From assembly GCA_965215605.1 (NCBI GenBank), contig OZ244070.1, positions 3,456,001-3,520,000 of the forward strand: DNA of 64,000 nt, in the 5' to 3' direction. The first letter of the stretch is position 1, and the number at the start of each line of letters is the position of its first letter. Positions 17,172 to 26,121 of the stretch are shown piece after piece. Both the position numbers and the translations under genes were made by a program. Source of the DNA: an uncultured Candidatus Binatia bacterium (GTDB lineage Bacteria > Desulfobacterota > Binatia > UBA9968 > JAJDTQ01). Below the pieces are notes generated by a model. The model saw only the letters and a program-made list of their open reading frames with translations. It had not been told where the DNA came from and did not search any database.

Positions 17172-18737
17172 ATGACCGCGTACGCCACCATACAGGAGAT
17201 GTTGTCGCACCAGGTCGTGGAGCGGCCGGATCGTCCTTGCCTGGTCCACAACGACCGGCGTTGGAGCTACGCCGAGTTCGCCGAGGAGGCGGAACGGGTG
17301 GCCCGTGCCTTCGCCGCCCATGGCCTTCGGCGCGGCGAGAGGGTGGCGCTTCTGCTCCCCAATTGTCCCGAGTTCCTCTGGGCCGTGTTTGCCATGGCTC
17401 GCACCGGCGCGGTGTTCGTTCCTCTCAACACCTCGCAGACGGCAAGCGAGCTTCGGTACCTGCTGGCCCACTCCGAGGCGCGTTTTCTGTTGACCACCAG
17501 CGCATTCGCGCCGGTGATCGAGGCCATCCGGAGCGACTGTCCCGACCTGGAGTGCGTGGTGGCGCTTGATTCCGAGGGCGGGAGAGGGAACATCGGGCGA
17601 AACGAGTTCCTGGCGTCAGGCGGCCCTGCGCGCGGGCTGGCGGCGGCCTCGCCCCAGGATCTCGCCTCCATCATCTATACGTCCGGCACCACCGACCGCC
17701 CGAAGGGCGTCATGCTGAAGCACTACGCTTTCGCTTTCGCCCCGAGCCACAGGGCCCGCGCGCTTGGATGGACCGGGGACGACCGGGTGTTGGTGGTGAT
17801 GCCGTTGTTCCACGTGAACGCGCTGTGCCACATGACCCTTGCGATGATGTCGGTGGGCGGCGTGGTTGTGCTCCAGGAACGGTTCAGCGCTTCCCGGTTC
17901 TGGGATGACGTCAGGAAGCACGGCATCACGACCTCCAGCATCATGCAGACCATCCCGAGGATCCTGCTGAACCTGCCACCGGATCCGGCGGACGCGGACA
18001 CGCCGTTGCGGCAGGTGATGGCGCTCCTGCCCCCGGACGTGCATCTGGAGTTCGAGCGGCGTTTCGGCGTCGCCGCGATTCCGTCCTACAGCCTTACCGA
18101 GGACCTGTTAAGCGTTCTCGGCCCGTTGCAAGAGTCCCGCCGGAAGCTAGGCAGTTGCGGCGTGGCCATCGCTCCGGAGGTGCACCGGCTGCGCATCCGC
18201 AACGAGGAAGGGGAGAGCTGCGCGCCCGGGGAGCTGGGGGAGATCGTCAAGCAGAGCCCGGCGGTGATGATGGGGTACTACAAGAACCCGGAGGCGACGG
18301 CCGCGGCGCTCCGGGACGGCTGGCTCCACACCGGCGACCTCGGCCACCTGGACGAGGACGGGTTCCTGTACTTTGTCGACCGCAAGAAGGACATGATCAA
18401 GCGCAGCGGAGAGAACATCGCCTCCGCCGAGGTGGAACGTGTCTTGACTTCCCATCCGCTGATTGCCGAGTGCGCGGTGGTGGCGGTCGCCGATCCCATC
18501 CGGCAGGAAGAGGTCAAGGCCTGCATCGTGCTCGGGTCCGGCGGCTCCCGGGAGACATTGCCGCCGGAACGACTATGGGAGTTTTGCGCGGAGCATCTGG
18601 CCCCGTTCAAGATCCCGCGTTACCTCGACTACCGGAAGGAGTTGCCGAAAACGCCCAGTTCCAAGGTGCAGAAGAACCTCCTCCGGGAAGAAGGTCTGGC
18701 CGCCGGCGTGGTGGATCGCCAGACCGCGGAACGGTGA
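17172..18737 (+). CDS. ATP-dependent acyl-CoA ligase (CaiC-like, AMP-binding)
   Basis: 'IIYTSGTTDRPKG', 'MPLFHVNA', 'YSLTE', 'WLHTGD', 'DRKKDMIKRSGENI', 'PKTPSSKVQK'. Confidence 0.9.
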   Translation: MTAYATIQEMLSHQVVERPDRPCLVHNDRRWSYAEFAEEAERVARAFAAHGLRRGERVALLLPNCPEFLWAVFAMARTGAVFVPLNTSQTASELRYLLAHSEARFLLTTSAFAPVIEAIRSDCPDLECVVALDSEGGRGNIGRNEFLASGGPARGLAAASPQDLASIIYTSGTTDRPKGVMLKHYAFAFAPSHRARALGWTGDDRVLVVMPLFHVNALCHMTLAMMSVGGVVVLQERFSASRFWDDVRKHGITTSSIMQTIPRILLNLPPDPADADTPLRQVMALLPPDVHLEFERRFGVAAIPSYSLTEDLLSVLGPLQESRRKLGSCGVAIAPEVHRLRIRNEEGESCAPGELGEIVKQSPAVMMGYYKNPEATAAALRDGWLHTGDLGHLDEDGFLYFVDRKKDMIKRSGENIASAEVERVLTSHPLIAECAVVAVADPIRQEEVKACIVLGSGGSRETLPPERLWEFCAEHLAPFKIPRYLDYRKELPKTPSSKVQKNLLREEGLAAGVVDRQTAER

Positions 18738-18880
18738 CCGCCAGGACCGAAACGGGAAGGGGGCCATTGGCGCGCCTTGACAATGAAGCGGGCAACGGAT
18801 GATGATGGCCGAGTCCGAGGCAACGGTGCCGTAACCACTCCTGGCGCCGTAACCATTCCGACAACAGAAAGGAACACACA

Positions 18881-20707
18881 GTGGCCAAACGCAACGACAG
18901 CACTGCGCAAAAACATCGACCCAAGAATCTCGGTAGCCCGAAAATGCGCTGGGGCAGCGACGTGGTGGCGGCGGTGACCCGCAAGCTGAATCTCAAGTAC
19001 ATCGCGCTGGTCCCGGGGGCGAGCTATCGCGGGTTCCACGACAGTCTGGTGAACTACCTGGGGAACGAGAATCCGCAGATGGTCACCTGTCTGCACGAGG
19101 AGCACTCGGTCTCCATCGCCGACGGCTACGCCAAGGCCACGGATGAGCCCATGGCGGTGGCGCTCCACTCCAACGTGGGGCTGATGCACGCCACCATGAC
19201 CATTTTCAACGCTTGGTGCGACCGGACGCCCATGGTGATATTCGGCGCCACCGGCCCGGTGGACGCCCACAAGCGGCGCCCGTGGATCGACTGGATCCAC
19301 ACCGCCGCCGACCAGGGCGCGATCATCCGGAACTACACCAAGTGGGACGACCAGCCGGCCTCGCCGCAGGCGGCGGTGGAATCCGTGTTGCGGGCCAACC
19401 AGATGGCTCGCACCGCCCCCTGCGGCCCGACCTACGTCTGTCTCGATGTGGGTCTTCAGGAGCAGCCGCTCACCGAGGAGGTGCTGATCCCTGACGCGGC
19501 CCGGTATGCTCCGGCGGACCCGCCGTGCGCGCCGGCGGCTACGGTGAAGCGGGCCCGGGCGCTGCTCAAGAAGGCCAAGTTCCCGGTCATCCTCATGGGA
19601 CGCGTGTCTCGGAACAAGGCGGACTGGGACCGCCGGGTTCAGTTGGCGGAAGCCCTCAACGCGCCGGTCCTGACCAGCTCCAACGATCCGTCGTCCTTCC
19701 CCACCACGCACGCGTTGCACCTGGCCCCGCCGGGACTGCGGCCGGCCAAGCAGGCGACGGCGCTGGTCAACAAGGCCGACGTCATCCTGAGCCTCGACTT
19801 TCTGGACCTGGCAGGCTATCTCCGGGGCTGCCTGGGAGCGTCACAGACCCAGGCGCCGCCCGACAAGACCATCATCCATTGTTCCATGGACACCTACCGT
19901 ACCAACGGCTGGAGCATGGATCACCAAGCCCTCCCGGCGGTGGACATTCCGGTGGCGTCGACCCCGGATACTTTCGTGGAACAGCTTCTGGACGGCTTCG
20001 GCCGCAAACGCCCGGCGGCGGCGGGTTTGAAGAACATCACCCATTGGACCCGCACGCCCACCGGCAAGGCCCGGCCCAGGCAGGGCGTCCCCATGACGGT
20101 CATGGACATGGCGCTCACCGTGCGCGAGTTCGCCCGTGACAAGCCCGTGACGTTCGCGCGTTTGCCCATCGGCTGGTCCGGCGAAGGCTCGGAGTTCACC
20201 GGTCCGCTGTCCTTCATGGGCAATGACGGCGGCGGCGGCGTGGGCAGCGGTCCCGGCCACGCGGTGGGCGCGGCGCTGGCGCTCAAGGGCAAGGGCCGGC
20301 TGGTGATAGGGGTGCTGGGCGACGGCGACTACCTGATGGGCTGCAACGCTCTGTGGACCGCCACGCACATGGACCTGCCTCTGCTCGTGGTCATCGCCGA
20401 CAACCGTTCCTACTACAACGACGAGATGCACCAGGAGCGGGTGGCGGTGATGCGCAAGCGGCCGGTGCAGAACCGCTGGATCGGTCAGCGGCTCGATGAC
20501 CCGCCGGTGGACCTCGTTGCCATGGGCAAGGCGCAAGGGTTCGACGGCGAGGCCCCCGTTGCCACGTCCGAGGAACTGGCCGCCGCATTGGAACGCGGCG
20601 CAAAGGTGGTGGGCAAGGGCGGCCGCTACGTCATCAATGCGCTGGTGGAGCCTGGTTACGCAGAGACCGGCGTGGATCAGCGGGCGGCGATGGACAAGAA
20701 GAAGTAG
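18881..20707 (+). CDS. Thiamine diphosphate-dependent enzyme (benzoylformate decarboxylase-like)
   Basis: 'PGASYRGFHDS', 'CLHEEHSVSIADGY', 'GDGDYLMG...ADNRSYYND'; GTG start after GAAAGGA. Confidence 0.9.
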   Translation: MAKRNDSTAQKHRPKNLGSPKMRWGSDVVAAVTRKLNLKYIALVPGASYRGFHDSLVNYLGNENPQMVTCLHEEHSVSIADGYAKATDEPMAVALHSNVGLMHATMTIFNAWCDRTPMVIFGATGPVDAHKRRPWIDWIHTAADQGAIIRNYTKWDDQPASPQAAVESVLRANQMARTAPCGPTYVCLDVGLQEQPLTEEVLIPDAARYAPADPPCAPAATVKRARALLKKAKFPVILMGRVSRNKADWDRRVQLAEALNAPVLTSSNDPSSFPTTHALHLAPPGLRPAKQATALVNKADVILSLDFLDLAGYLRGCLGASQTQAPPDKTIIHCSMDTYRTNGWSMDHQALPAVDIPVASTPDTFVEQLLDGFGRKRPAAAGLKNITHWTRTPTGKARPRQGVPMTVMDMALTVREFARDKPVTFARLPIGWSGEGSEFTGPLSFMGNDGGGGVGSGPGHAVGAALALKGKGRLVIGVLGDGDYLMGCNALWTATHMDLPLLVVIADNRSYYNDEMHQERVAVMRKRPVQNRWIGQRLDDPPVDLVAMGKAQGFDGEAPVATSEELAAALERGAKVVGKGGRYVINALVEPGYAETGVDQRAAMDKKK

Positions 20708-20715
20708 CTCTGGAT

Positions 20716-20758
20716 GGCGTCCTTGGACTTCGTTTGCGAAGCGAAGTCCAGGGATGCC
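20716..20758. terminator. Long hairpin between convergent genes (likely bidirectional terminator)
   Basis: GGCGTCCTTGGACTTCG ... CGAAGTCCAGGGATGCC, 17-bp stem with two G-U pairs. Confidence 0.6.
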
Positions 20759-20773
20759 AAATCCGACAGGCCC

Positions 20774-21358
20774 CTAAACGTCGAAGAAGACCGTTTCGCT
20801 TGCTCCCTGAAGGTGGATGTCGAACTCGTAGACCGGCGGCATCCCTTCACCTTCCCGCATGACGGCTACGAGCGTGTCGCGCCGGCCGGCATCCTTGACG
20901 GATTGCAAGACCGGGTCCTTCTCGTTGGCCGCGGCCTCGTCCGCGAAATAGATCCGCGTCACCAAGTGCTTCAACAGCCCCCGGGCGAACACCGACAGGG
21001 AGATATGCGGTGCCTGGACGCTTTCGCCGGGTCCGGGCACGCAACCGGGCTTCACCGTGACGATGGTGAAGCGGCCCCCGCCGTCGGTGATGGCGCGGCC
21101 GAAGCCGTCGAACCCCGCCACCAGAGGCATCTCCCGGGTGTCCTCGGCATGGGCGTAACGGCCGTGGACATTGGCCTGCCACAGCTCAACGACGCTGTCA
21201 TCCACCGGCTCTCCCGCGCCGTCGAGGATCCGTCCCTCGATGCGGATGGCGTGGGGGTTGTCCGGCGGCACCAGCTCGGCGCCGCCTTCCCACGGCACCA
21301 TGATGCGGTGGAACGGCCCGATGGTCTGGGAGGGTGTGGTTCCGCGCCGCGCCGCCAT
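20774..21358 (-). CDS. pcaG: Protocatechuate 3,4-dioxygenase alpha subunit
   Basis: 'TPSQTIGPF', 'ELWQAN..GRY', 'QAPHISLSVFARGLL', 'LQGASETVFFDV'. Confidence 0.95.
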   Translation of the reverse strand: MAARRGTTPSQTIGPFHRIMVPWEGGAELVPPDNPHAIRIEGRILDGAGEPVDDSVVELWQANVHGRYAHAEDTREMPLVAGFDGFGRAITDGGGRFTIVTVKPGCVPGPGESVQAPHISLSVFARGLLKHLVTRIYFADEAAANEKDPVLQSVKDAGRRDTLVAVMREGEGMPPVYEFDIHLQGASETVFFDV

Positions 21359-21362
21359 TCCT

Positions 21363-22067
21363 TCAAGCCTCCATGGGAGTGGCGTCCCGCCCGCGCAGGA
21401 CGATATCGAACTCATACGCCAGGGCCCACTCCGGTTCGGTGTGGTCCAGGTCCAGCCTGCACACCAGCCGGTCTCTCGCTCCTGCGTCGGGAACGGAGTT
21501 GAAGATCGCGTCGCAGGCGAGCAGCGGATCGCCCGGAAAGTACATCTGCGTGATCAGCCGCGTGGCGAAAGCGCTGCCGAAGAGCGAGAAGTGGATGTGC
21601 GCCGGCCGCCATGCGTTGGCGTCGTTGCCCCAGGGATAGGGGGCCGGCTTGATGGTGACGAAACGGTAGCGGCCGTCCGCATCGGTCACGCAACGGCCGC
21701 CGCCGCTGAAGTTGGGGTCGAGCGGGGCAGAGTGGTCGTCGATCTCGTGCCGGTACCGCCCGGCCGAGTTGGCCTGCCAGATCTCCATGAGCGCGTCCGG
21801 CACCGGCCTGCCGTCAGTGTCCGTCACTCGACCGAGGACGATGATTCGCTCTCCCAGCGGTTCCCCGTCATGCTGGCGGGTGAGATCGTGGTCCAGGGGT
21901 CCCACCTTCTCGTGACCGTACACGGGGCCGGTGATCTCCGACAGCGTGTGCGACAGCGGCACCAACGGCCGCTTGGGCGCCCTCAGCGCCGTGGAGCGGT
22001 ATCCCGGATGGAGGTAGGGCGGCTGGTCCGTGGCTTCGTCGCGTTTGAATCCGGTGAGTTGGGCCAT
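21363..22067 (-). CDS. pcaH: Protocatechuate 3,4-dioxygenase beta subunit
   Basis: 'YRSTALRAP', 'EIWQANSAGRYRH', 'PYPW', 'WRPAHIHFS', 'TQMYFPGDP'. Confidence 0.95.
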   Translation of the reverse strand: MAQLTGFKRDEATDQPPYLHPGYRSTALRAPKRPLVPLSHTLSEITGPVYGHEKVGPLDHDLTRQHDGEPLGERIIVLGRVTDTDGRPVPDALMEIWQANSAGRYRHEIDDHSAPLDPNFSGGGRCVTDADGRYRFVTIKPAPYPWGNDANAWRPAHIHFSLFGSAFATRLITQMYFPGDPLLACDAIFNSVPDAGARDRLVCRLDLDHTEPEWALAYEFDIVLRGRDATPMEA

Positions 22068-22238
22068 GTTCCGGTGGTCCTTTCTTCATGGAGAATCGCG
22101 CTTGAGGCATCGAGTCCGTACTGGGGTACATGCTGCCTGGGAGTCGCCATGTCAAGGTGTCTCCCTCCGCGGCCCGTGACCGGAGGCGAGCCGGGCGGTC
22201 TGGTGTCCTGTCCCACGTAATACCTCAAATCTGGTGGT

Positions 22239-23390
22239 CTAGCTCGTGTGTCGAGGCTTGTAGAGCAGCGCCACCCCGGCGCCCAGGAACGTGAACAGCC
22301 CGACTCCGACGAAACCCAGGTGGAAGGCGCCCAGGTCGCCGGCCAGGCCCAGAAGCCATGGGGTCATCCCGCCGCCGATGACGAATGCCACGGGCACCAC
22401 GAGGGACACGGCCGTGCCGCGGGTCTGTGCGTCGCCCAGGGTCGAGAGGGCGGTGAAGCCCGCGGGAAAGAAGCCCACCGCCACCGACGGCTGGATGAAA
22501 ACCGCTGCCGCCAGCCAGGGATCCGGCACGAGCCCCAGCAACGCCGTGGTGATGCCGCTCAGGGCCAGGGTCACCGACAGGGTGCGGCGGACGCCGAAGC
22601 GGTCCGCGGCCCAGCCCGCCGCCAGGGCCAGCAACGGACAGGCGCCACGGGAAAGCCCCACCAGGGTGTTGGCCCAACCCTCCCCGAGACCGCGGTCCGA
22701 GACCAGGTAGAGCGGCAGCATGGTGAAGACGGCCAGCGTGATGGCGACGCCCATGATGAACATCAGCAGAACGATCCACAGCATGGGGTCCTTGAGGAAC
22801 CGCCAGATGACGGCCAAGGCGGGCGGCTCGCCGGGAAACTTGCCGCCGCGGCCGAGGACGGCGTAAAGCCCGCCGGCCAGGAAGGTGACGACCCCGAAAC
22901 GGAAGAGGATGGAACGCCACGACAGGCTTCGCAGCAGAAGCTCTGCCAGCAACGGTACGGCGACGAAGCTCGTGTTGGGCGCCAGCTCGTGGATAGAGAT
23001 GGCTTTGCCCCAGTGGGGGCGGGTGACCAGGGAGGTGATGGTGGCGATGGCCGACGGCAGGTAGAGCCCCGCTCCCAGGCCCATGGTGAAGAGCCCGAGG
23101 CGCATGCTCGACAGGGAAGACGCTCCGGCCACCGCCATGGTCGACAGGCCCAGCAGGCCGAAGGACAGCACGATGGTGCGGTGGTGCGTCAACCGGGCCG
23201 ATGCGTACCCCGCCCCGGACATGGCGGTGAGGTACCCCGCGGAGATGAACAGGAAGAACATGCCGGCCTGGGCGTGGGTGATGTCCAGGTCCGTCTCCAC
23301 GATGGGCAACAAGGGCGCCAGGATGACGCGCCCGGTGAAGTTCAGCAGGAAGATCACCGCCATCAGCAGCACGGCGGGGGCCTGCTGCAT
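22239..23390 (-). CDS. MFS transporter
   Basis: About 12 hydrophobic segments; 'GWAADRFGVRR' motif A-like. Confidence 0.85.
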   Translation of the reverse strand: MQQAPAVLLMAVIFLLNFTGRVILAPLLPIVETDLDITHAQAGMFFLFISAGYLTAMSGAGYASARLTHHRTIVLSFGLLGLSTMAVAGASSLSSMRLGLFTMGLGAGLYLPSAIATITSLVTRPHWGKAISIHELAPNTSFVAVPLLAELLLRSLSWRSILFRFGVVTFLAGGLYAVLGRGGKFPGEPPALAVIWRFLKDPMLWIVLLMFIMGVAITLAVFTMLPLYLVSDRGLGEGWANTLVGLSRGACPLLALAAGWAADRFGVRRTLSVTLALSGITTALLGLVPDPWLAAAVFIQPSVAVGFFPAGFTALSTLGDAQTRGTAVSLVVPVAFVIGGGMTPWLLGLAGDLGAFHLGFVGVGLFTFLGAGVALLYKPRHTS

Positions 23391-23444
23391 GAAGCCGGCG
23401 TCGTTGGAGGTGCGCGGGAAGTCTATTGCCTGATCCTCGTTCGA

Positions 23445-23561
23445 CTACCTGCCGGACGACGGTTCCCAGCAGGCGAAGCCCATGCCGCACCCCGTGCCGG
23501 CGGCGGTGCGGTATCCGGGGACGTAGTCCACCAGGGTCATCTCCATGGGCTCGGCGGCGCC
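23445..23561 (-). pseudogene. C-terminal remnant of a LigB-superfamily extradiol dioxygenase
   Basis: Own translation: GAAEPMEMTLVDYVPGYRTAAGTGCGMGFACWEPSSGR*; resembles the 'DYxPxYRxxAGTGxxMxFxxW' end of DesZ/LigZ-like enzymes; upstream codons not homologous. Confidence 0.55.
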
Positions 23562-23643
23562 GGAACGATCTCTGCCATGGCGCCTTTGTACCAGATGTGA
23601 GACGCCAAGGCATCATTGTCGATCGGATCCGGCCGGGCCGCCC

Positions 23644-23672
23644 CTGGATTCCCGCTTTCTCCGGTATGACGG
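23644..23672 (-). repeat. CGTC-type palindromic (REP-like) repeat
   Basis: Reverse complement CCGTCATACCGGAGAAAGCGGGAATCCAG. Confidence 0.7.
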
Positions 23673-23812
23673 AAGAGGGTATGCGGGGATGGCGGAAACG
23701 GAGCACCGGACTGTTGAATGGACCTGATCGATCCCGGCTTCGGGTTGACACTCCGAAAGATCCTTGGATAAAGTCTCCCGGTGCGAGATTTCAACCCTAC
23801 CAGGAGGTACCG

Positions 23813-24841
23813 ATGAGACTATTCATGGCCATGACCGCCTTGCTTCTGGCTGTCATGATTTCCGGCCCGCTTTATGGAGCGGATGATTTCTACAAGGGCA
23901 AGAGAGTGCGCTTGATCGTTTCCTCAAGCCCCGGAGGGGGCAACGACACCTATTCGCGCCTCATTGCGCGGCATATCACCAGGCATATTCCGGGCAACCC
24001 CTCGTTCGTCGTGCAGAACATGCCCGGCGCCGGCGGCATCATGGCCGCGGACTACCTCTACCGGAAGGCCAAGCGGGACGGCACGGTGTTGGAGCAGATC
24101 AACTGGGGCGTGTGGTTCCACCAGGTCATCGGGTCCAAGCGCGCGCGATTCGACTTCAACAAGATGAACGCCGTCGGCGTCGCCGCCATCGAGAGCGCCA
24201 TCCTGTTCACCCGCAAGTCCGAGTTTCCCGATTGGAAGTCGGTGCTGGCTTCCAAGAAGCTCATCACCAGCGGAAACAGCGGACGACAATCCCTGGGCTA
24301 CACCATGGGCAAGGTGATGGAAGTGTTGTCAGGGAAGAAGGTCTTCGACTACGTCTTCGGCTACCCCGGCGCGCGGCAGTACAGTCTCGCGTTTCGCCAG
24401 GGCGAGGTCCAGTCGTCCGGAAACACCCCGGGCTCGTTCGCCGATCAGCTCGGCGACATGTGGGACGAAGGCAAGGTTGCCATGCTGGCGCAGGCGCCGA
24501 CGCCCGAAGGCGGCAGGACCAAGGAATTCCCGGATACGCCCACGTTGTTGGAATACGCCAAGACCGATGCTCACCGTGAGTTGATAAAGGTCACCTTCGA
24601 TCTCACTCACTACGGCCGCCCGTACGCGCTTCCTCCTGGTGTGCCCAAGGACCGCGTCAAGATCATGCGGGATGCCTTTACGGCTACGATGAAGGACCCG
24701 AAGTTCCTGTCGGAGGCCAAGAGGATCAAGCGTGTCATCATTCCGTCCACGGGCGCGCAACTCCAGCAACTCTGGAAGAATGTCCTCAACGCGTCCCCCG
24801 AGAACCTGGCTATCTTCAAGGAGATATTCGGTGAATCGTAG
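23813..24841 (+). CDS. tctC: Tripartite tricarboxylate transporter substrate-binding protein (copy 1)
   Basis: Signal peptide; 'SPGGGND', 'VVQNMPGAGG', 'PPGVPKDRV'; RBS AGGAGG. Confidence 0.9.
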   Translation: MRLFMAMTALLLAVMISGPLYGADDFYKGKRVRLIVSSSPGGGNDTYSRLIARHITRHIPGNPSFVVQNMPGAGGIMAADYLYRKAKRDGTVLEQINWGVWFHQVIGSKRARFDFNKMNAVGVAAIESAILFTRKSEFPDWKSVLASKKLITSGNSGRQSLGYTMGKVMEVLSGKKVFDYVFGYPGARQYSLAFRQGEVQSSGNTPGSFADQLGDMWDEGKVAMLAQAPTPEGGRTKEFPDTPTLLEYAKTDAHRELIKVTFDLTHYGRPYALPPGVPKDRVKIMRDAFTATMKDPKFLSEAKRIKRVIIPSTGAQLQQLWKNVLNASPENLAIFKEIFGES

Positions 24842-24893
24842 TGCCGGATCGGGCGCAACGAGGAACATCGGCAAAAGAAACCAGGAGGTAAGG

Positions 24894-25934
24894 ATGCAGG
24901 CTGTATTGGGTGTTGTGATGCTCGTGCTGTTCCTGTTCGGAGCAGGCTCGGCAGGGGCGGCGGACTTCTACGAGGGCAAGAAGATCCGGCTGATCGTTTC
25001 GTCATCGCCCGGCGGCGGCAACGACACGTACTCGCGGTTGCTGGCGCGCCATATCGGGAGGCATATTCCCGGAAATCCGACGATCATCGTTCAGAACATG
25101 CCGGGAGCCGGCGGCGTCCGGGCGGCCAGCTACATCTACAACAAGGCGAGGCGCGACGGCACCGTCATGGAGCAGATCAACTGGGGCGTGTGGAACTGGC
25201 AGGTGGTGGGTGACAAGGCTCGTGGCAGCCAGTTCGACTTCAACAAGATGCAGGCCATCGGCGTGATCGTCATCGAGAACGGCCTGCTCTACAGCCGCAA
25301 GGACCGTTTCACCACGCTGGATGAAATCAAGAAGTCGGGCAAGCAGGCCCGGGTCGGCATCAGCGGCAACCAGTCCAGCGGGTTCGTGCTCGGGAACATC
25401 GTCGAGAAGCTGCGCGGCGAAAAGTTGTTCGAGTACGTCTTCGGCTATCCCGGCGCGCGCCAGTACAGCCTCGCGTTCCGTCAGGGTGAGGTGGACGTTT
25501 CCGGCAACGTGACCTCGTCGTTCCTCGACCAGCTCGGGGACATGTGGAAGGCGGGGGACATCACCATGCTCGCCCAGACCGGCACGGTGGAGGGCAAGAA
25601 GAGTCCGGAGTTCCCCGACGCGCCGTTGCTCGAGGACATGGCCAAGACCGAGAAGCAGAAGAATCTGGTGCGGGCTACCTTCCTGCTCTCGCGCTACGGA
25701 CGTCCGTACGCCATGCCCCCGGGAGTTCCCGCGGACCGCGTGGCGCTCGTGCGCAAGGCCTTCGATGACACCATGAAGGACCCGAAGTTCCTGGCCGAGG
25801 CCAAGAAGCTGAAGAGGCCCGTGAGGCCGACGAGCGGTCCGGCCCTTCAGAAGATGTGGAAGGATTCGCTTGGCGCCTCACCGGAAGACAAGGCCATCGT
25901 CAAGCAGATCTTCAACCCCCCGGGCAAGAAGTAG
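24894..25934 (+). CDS. tctC: Tripartite tricarboxylate transporter substrate-binding protein (copy 2)
   Basis: Same Bug/TctC motifs; RBS AGGAGG. Confidence 0.9.
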   Translation: MQAVLGVVMLVLFLFGAGSAGAADFYEGKKIRLIVSSSPGGGNDTYSRLLARHIGRHIPGNPTIIVQNMPGAGGVRAASYIYNKARRDGTVMEQINWGVWNWQVVGDKARGSQFDFNKMQAIGVIVIENGLLYSRKDRFTTLDEIKKSGKQARVGISGNQSSGFVLGNIVEKLRGEKLFEYVFGYPGARQYSLAFRQGEVDVSGNVTSSFLDQLGDMWKAGDITMLAQTGTVEGKKSPEFPDAPLLEDMAKTEKQKNLVRATFLLSRYGRPYAMPPGVPADRVALVRKAFDDTMKDPKFLAEAKKLKRPVRPTSGPALQKMWKDSLGASPEDKAIVKQIFNPPGKK

Positions 25935-25964
25935 CGCCTGCCCGGACTGCCGGGACGCTGTAAC

Positions 25965-26006
25965 AAGGGGCGCCGGGGACATCCAATCCCCGGCGCCCTT
26001 TGTTTT
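25965..26006 (+). terminator. Rho-independent terminator after tctC copy 2
   Basis: GGGCGCCGGGGA-loop-TCCCCGGCGCCC followed by TTTGTTTT. Confidence 0.8.
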
Positions 26007-26121
26007 GGAGTCCGTCTTGCCGGCATTTCATCTTGCCTTTTCATCTTGCCTTTTCAGGGTGCTTGATGCAGGATTCGTGCGTGACGAACCCTTCGAAGTT
26101 TTCTCAAGCTGGGAGGTAACC

